This document shows positions 50,515 through 54,534 of a stretch of DNA of 54,534 bases, one piece after another. The stretch lies in NCBI GenBank assembly GCA_947624935.1, contig CANQML010000001.1, forward strand, positions 1 to 54,534, read 5' to 3'. This DNA comes from Candidatus Gastranaerophilales bacterium (GTDB taxonomy: Bacteria > Cyanobacteriota > Vampirovibrionia > Gastranaerophilales > Gastranaerophilaceae). Within the stretch, counting starts at the first letter, position 1. Every line of letters begins with the position of its first letter. The translations under genes and the position numbers were made by a program. The notes under the pieces were generated by a model. The model had not been told where the DNA came from. It ran no database searches and worked only from the letters and a program-made list of their open reading frames with translations.

Positions 50515-50784
50515 ATGCAAAAGACTGATACCGATACTCTTATAGAGCAATTAAAAGCATTATATAATCAAACGCTTGATTTTATTGATTATATCAATAA
50601 TGGGCATAGCAGAAAGCAATATGGTGAAAGCTGTATGAATAGATTTATAAAGAAAACTATGCAATTAAACGAGTATATCAAGCAATTAGAAAACGGCGGT
50701 AAACACGACAAGCCGTTTGAGTATTGGTGCAATCTTTTAGGCGATATTTTAGTTTCCGATAATTTCTACCACGAGGACAAATAA
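50515..50784 (+). CDS. hypothetical helical protein
   Basis: Operon context only. Confidence 0.5.
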   Translation: MQKTDTDTLIEQLKALYNQTLDFIDYINNGHSRKQYGESCMNRFIKKTMQLNEYIKQLENGGKHDKPFEYWCNLLGDILVSDNFYHEDK

Positions 50785-53303
50785 TGGCAGATTATTATAT
50801 AACTTCTAATAAGCGGGTACAATTTTTCGAAAGCACATCGGCTGATGAATTAAAACAAATACAATTACCCGAATTATTAGGAAAAAATAATTTAAACCTT
50901 ATAAGACAAAACACTTATCAGCCTTATTTATCACTATATCCTCCCTTTGATTTTGATGATGAGGGATTATTTGGTTGTATTCTATTATCAAGCACTTCAC
51001 CAAGTCAATTCAGTGATACAGCATATACGGGCACATATACTTTTTCTTTGCCTAAATTAAGCTTATATATAACAGCAAGCTTATATGCAAAATATGCAGA
51101 AAGTTCGTACAAAGCAACACTTCGGCTGGTTTTTTTAACAGAAGAAACTGAACACAGTAATGGTATAGTTTATTTAATTATTGGTTGTGCGAGAATAGAC
51201 AACAAATATGAAGAGGGATATATTCATAACGGAACATTTTCTTGGGATAAAAATGTAGTTAAGGATACATATCAAGGAGTATTAACGGTAGCAGCAGACA
51301 ACGGGGCAAATACTTTAACAAGTTTTGATTTCAGTGGCACAGCTTTTACTGAAAAAGAATATCAATGGTTACTTAATAATACTAATTTAACCGAAGAAGA
51401 TTTTGAATATAAAGGCATTACTTTTCACGCTAATGGAGGGGCTATTGGAGGCTTATCATCGGCAACCAAATTAGTAGACCCTCAAACGCATAAAGTTATA
51501 CCGCCCGATATAACAAACTCTGACCCGTCAAAAAAATTCCTTGGTTGGGCATATTATGGGACAAGTGACATAATAGATTTTAATAATGTTGAATTTTATG
51601 AAAGTGTAGACGTATATGCAGTATGGCAGTCATCAGATTTTTCCGTTACTTTTAACGCTAATGGCGGGCAATTTAAAGACGGTACAAAAAGAAAAGCAGC
51701 AGGAGTTCACCCCGACACACATAAAGTACAATTTACTGAACGCCCTATATCATCAAATTCAAATGAAATATTTGTTGGGTGGGGTGAAAATGCAAGTTCA
51801 ATCTTTCCTATTGATTTAGATACTGAAGAGTTTTATTCTTCTACTGAGCTTTATGCTATATGGGAAAGAAGTACGCCTACTCCTCCCATTGGCGGGGGAA
51901 AGGCTATTATAATACCCTCAAAATATATATACGAAATAGACGACAACAAAGTTATTGATAATGAAGTTGATAACCTTGAAGTTGAAGCGATAAAAGCTGA
52001 AATATCCAATCGATATGGGGAAATTGTAGGCAAATTTACTTATGACAATAAAGCAGATTTTAAAAGCGCAACTACTAAAAGCAACCAAAACATAGGCAAC
52101 ACTGTAATGGGCGGGTCAAGTTCTCGAAGAGTGGCGGTTGTATATGTAACAATCACCCCCGTGTTTATTGAAAAAACAATAAACATACCAAAAGAGCAAA
52201 CGAACGCGTTTGTAGAAAGTATTTTAACAGGCACTTCTCCAAGCGGGTATGAAAATATCAAATATACAATTTATGGGAAACGTATAACAGGAATAACAAC
52301 TGCAACGGCAAATCTGCATAGAGACGAAACAACCGTAAGCCCTTTTGGCATACAATCAATAACTGTTGATAATCCGCAAAAAAATTATGAAAGCGATATT
52401 GAGGCATATACATTAGAAAAAACAATAACAGTTGAAGAAAACGAAATATATGGCGATTTTGCGCCAACGGCAAATGCTGACATAAGTTTAACATATACTG
52501 ACGATATAACAAATTTATCCACAGCAAAAGCAAATGAAGTAACAATAAACGGCATAAAATATTGGCAAGTAAATGTAAAAATTTATTCGGGTGTTAAAAC
52601 AGCAACATATAAGGGTGGCGGTTTGGGGTCGGGTAGTGACCTTTCTATACCTTTAAGTGGAAACTATGAAGAATATGCACCGTACAGTATAGAAATAAAT
52701 TTATATGGCAATACAATAACGCTTGATTTGCAAGACGAAACGCTTAAAATAGGCAACGGACAACACATATATTCTTTTAGCGGAAATGAGTTAATGCAGA
52801 CTACTAATACTGATACTGTTAATGATACTTATCAAAAAGTAATTGATAGTTGGAAAGAGGGGAAAGAAGTTGCTACATTAAGGTGCGCTATTGCGAATTA
52901 TCAAAACAACATTAAAATTACAATAATAAGTAGTAGTGTTGTAGCTAACGGTTATTCATGTGAAGCTATTAGCAATTATGAACTTAAAAACGGCGACAAA
53001 ATTTATTATAAAAACGCTGTTTATACTGTAGCAGACTGGACTGGTTTTTACGGAATTTTATTTATACCTTTTGATAATGAATTTATTTCTAATACAGAAA
53101 TAATTGTATCGGTTAATGAAAACTCCGATAAAATGTTTTTTTTACAAGGCGATATAGTAGAGCCTTATGTTTATGGCGCAGACGGTAGAGATAAACCTAT
53201 GGCTACTAAAAAAGACGGTACGCCTAAACAGTTTAAAGTAATTAGCGTTGGAATAAACAATAATAACGGAATAACGCAAGATATTGTTATACAAGAGGTA
53301 TAA
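50784..53303 (+). CDS. baseplate / receptor-binding protein with two InlB B-repeat (Listeria-Bacteroides repeat) modules
   Basis: ITFHANGG...FLGWAYYG...VDVYAVWQ and VTFNANGG...FVGWGENA...TELYAIWE. Confidence 0.6.
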   Translation: MADYYITSNKRVQFFESTSADELKQIQLPELLGKNNLNLIRQNTYQPYLSLYPPFDFDDEGLFGCILLSSTSPSQFSDTAYTGTYTFSLPKLSLYITASLYAKYAESSYKATLRLVFLTEETEHSNGIVYLIIGCARIDNKYEEGYIHNGTFSWDKNVVKDTYQGVLTVAADNGANTLTSFDFSGTAFTEKEYQWLLNNTNLTEEDFEYKGITFHANGGAIGGLSSATKLVDPQTHKVIPPDITNSDPSKKFLGWAYYGTSDIIDFNNVEFYESVDVYAVWQSSDFSVTFNANGGQFKDGTKRKAAGVHPDTHKVQFTERPISSNSNEIFVGWGENASSIFPIDLDTEEFYSSTELYAIWERSTPTPPIGGGKAIIIPSKYIYEIDDNKVIDNEVDNLEVEAIKAEISNRYGEIVGKFTYDNKADFKSATTKSNQNIGNTVMGGSSSRRVAVVYVTITPVFIEKTINIPKEQTNAFVESILTGTSPSGYENIKYTIYGKRITGITTATANLHRDETTVSPFGIQSITVDNPQKNYESDIEAYTLEKTITVEENEIYGDFAPTANADISLTYTDDITNLSTAKANEVTINGIKYWQVNVKIYSGVKTATYKGGGLGSGSDLSIPLSGNYEEYAPYSIEINLYGNTITLDLQDETLKIGNGQHIYSFSGNELMQTTNTDTVNDTYQKVIDSWKEGKEVATLRCAIANYQNNIKITIISSSVVANGYSCEAISNYELKNGDKIYYKNAVYTVADWTGFYGILFIPFDNEFISNTEIIVSVNENSDKMFFLQGDIVEPYVYGADGRDKPMATKKDGTPKQFKVISVGINNNNGITQDIVIQEV

Positions 53304-53313
53304 GGAGTAATTT

Positions 53314-54534
53314 ATGGCAAGTTTTACGCCGAGTAAGAAAACGGCAAGTGATTTTAATAATAACACGAAATATGTTGATTACGACCCTGCATTAGGAATT
53401 ACAGGGGATAGTCCGCAAGCAGAAACGATAAACAATCTTGTTGAAAGCGCATTGTATACACAAGAGAGGGCTGATAGCGCGGCTCAAAGTGCGGCAAATG
53501 CTGAAAGTTCTGCCGATAACGCTAATTCGGCGGCAGAGGCGGCGCAAAAGACGGCGGACGGCAAGTATACATTACCGGCAGGCGGTATACCGGCAAGCGA
53601 TTTAAAAGGCGATATCCCGACCTCGAAGATAACAGGGCTTGCCACAGTAGCAACAAGCGGCGATTATAATGACCTGTTGCATAAACCTGCCGCATACTCG
53701 TTGCCAATTGCAACGTCGACCGTTCTCGGCGGCGTTAAGAGCTCCACAACAGGTACAGACGGCACAGATTATAACGTCCAGGTAAATGCAGACGGCACAA
53801 TGAAAGTCAATGTGCCCAGCCCTGATTTAAGCGGTTATGCGAGGCTTGACGGCACGCAAGAATTTACGGGTAAAAACACCTTTACTGCAAGCACGACGTT
53901 TACGGAAACGGACAATACCGGGAACTACACCAACATAGACGGTGCCTCGATTGGAGTGGTTTCTGATTATGGTGACATTGCAACATATATTACTTCTGAC
54001 GGTATAGAGATAAAAGCGGACAATGGTGAGACTAATACTGAATATCAAGCGACAGGTATAACTTATAATCACAACGATAATACCAATACTTTGTCTTTCC
54101 CCCAAAAAAGTGGTACGCTTTTTCTTAAAGAGGAATTTAAGGCGGCAGAAAAGGCTTTTATTAAATTTGAAGTCGGTGATTATTTTATTACAGGAAATAC
54201 AACTTCACCCGCCGCACGTTTTGGCGGTACTTGGGAAGAACTTCCGCAAGGCACCTTCCTTCGCGCAACAGGCACGAGCGGCGCGATTTCATCGGGTACT
54301 GCGACGGACGGCGGAAGCAATTCGCATAATCATGTTGTTGGTGCGCAAGACGATACAAGTGCATACGCAATTATGGATACGGGCATAGCAGTCATTGACG
54401 GTACTAATCAAAGAGGTGTTTTAACCCGTACATCCCAAGTTCACGGTTATTCGAGCGACCTATTTATGTTTATTGACAACGGGGCGGCAACGTTCCGTGA
54501 ACAAACAAATTCTCTCGATAGGGTTGTACAAGTT
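53314..54534 (+). CDS. tail fibre protein (5' part; continues to nt 149 through the circular junction)
   Basis: An Ala/Ser-rich coiled N-terminal region, then ...VGDYFITGNTTSPAARFGGTWEELPQGTFLRATG...GGSNSHNH, a fibre-tip/collar-like motif. No stop before the window end. Confidence 0.8.
   Translation, partial: MASFTPSKKTASDFNNNTKYVDYDPALGITGDSPQAETINNLVESALYTQERADSAAQSAANAESSADNANSAAEAAQKTADGKYTLPAGGIPASDLKGDIPTSKITGLATVATSGDYNDLLHKPAAYSLPIATSTVLGGVKSSTTGTDGTDYNVQVNADGTMKVNVPSPDLSGYARLDGTQEFTGKNTFTASTTFTETDNTGNYTNIDGASIGVVSDYGDIATYITSDGIEIKADNGETNTEYQATGITYNHNDNTNTLSFPQKSGTLFLKEEFKAAEKAFIKFEVGDYFITGNTTSPAARFGGTWEELPQGTFLRATGTSGAISSGTATDGGSNSHNHVVGAQDDTSAYAIMDTGIAVIDGTNQRGVLTRTSQVHGYSSDLFMFIDNGAATFREQTNSLDRVVQV
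54458..54534. repeat. 77-bp terminal overlap identical to 1..77
   Basis: Exact match. Confidence 0.95.

Noticed and set aside
53314-54534. A diversity-generating retroelement or retron acting on the fibre.
   Set aside because: There is no reverse-transcriptase ORF and no template/variable repeat pair anywhere in the genome.

Overview
The first 77 nt are identical to the last 77 nt, so the window is a complete, circularly closed element of about 54,457 bp. It reads as a low-GC, siphovirus-type tailed phage. A Firmicute (Gram-positive) host is inferred from consensus TTGACA-17-TATAAT promoters, AAGGAG-type ribosome binding sites, InlB B-repeats and a BclA-like domain.

Layout:
- One rightward transcription direction runs from about 27.4 kb, through the junction, to 17.8 kb. 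In order it carries early genes; terL; a DNA methylase, nuclease and replication block; portal, scaffold, decoration protein and gpE-type major capsid; head-tail and tail genes with a -1 frameshifted chaperone pair; tape measure; baseplate and fibre; membrane and lysis-like genes; a low-complexity 'surface protein' cassette; an Erf/SSB recombination module; two tRNAs; and a terS-like gene plus HNH.
- One leftward operon (26.34 -> 17.88 kb) is mostly small ORFans. It also carries an FtsK/SpoIIIE-like ATPase and a small serine recombinase.
- Between the two lies a 1.2-kb gene-free hub packed with repeats, hairpins, GC islands, a G-quadruplex motif and five palindromic iterons overlapping the promoter of a winged-helix gene.

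No integrase, reverse transcriptase, cas gene or recognisable endolysin was seen.

Most interesting observations:
- the non-coding hub and its candidate ncRNA or origin
- plasmid-like features (iterons, resolvase, FtsK-like ATPase) with no integrase
- an exosporium-like, low-complexity protein cassette
- a capsid-decoration paralogue fused to a beta-helix domain in its own promoter-terminator unit
- a GC-rich mosaic fibre-tip and chaperone cassette
- a set of exact-consensus promoters, several followed by leader terminators
- an amber-interrupted methyltransferase

All functional calls rest on motif recall, gene order and reading the sequence. No database search was run.
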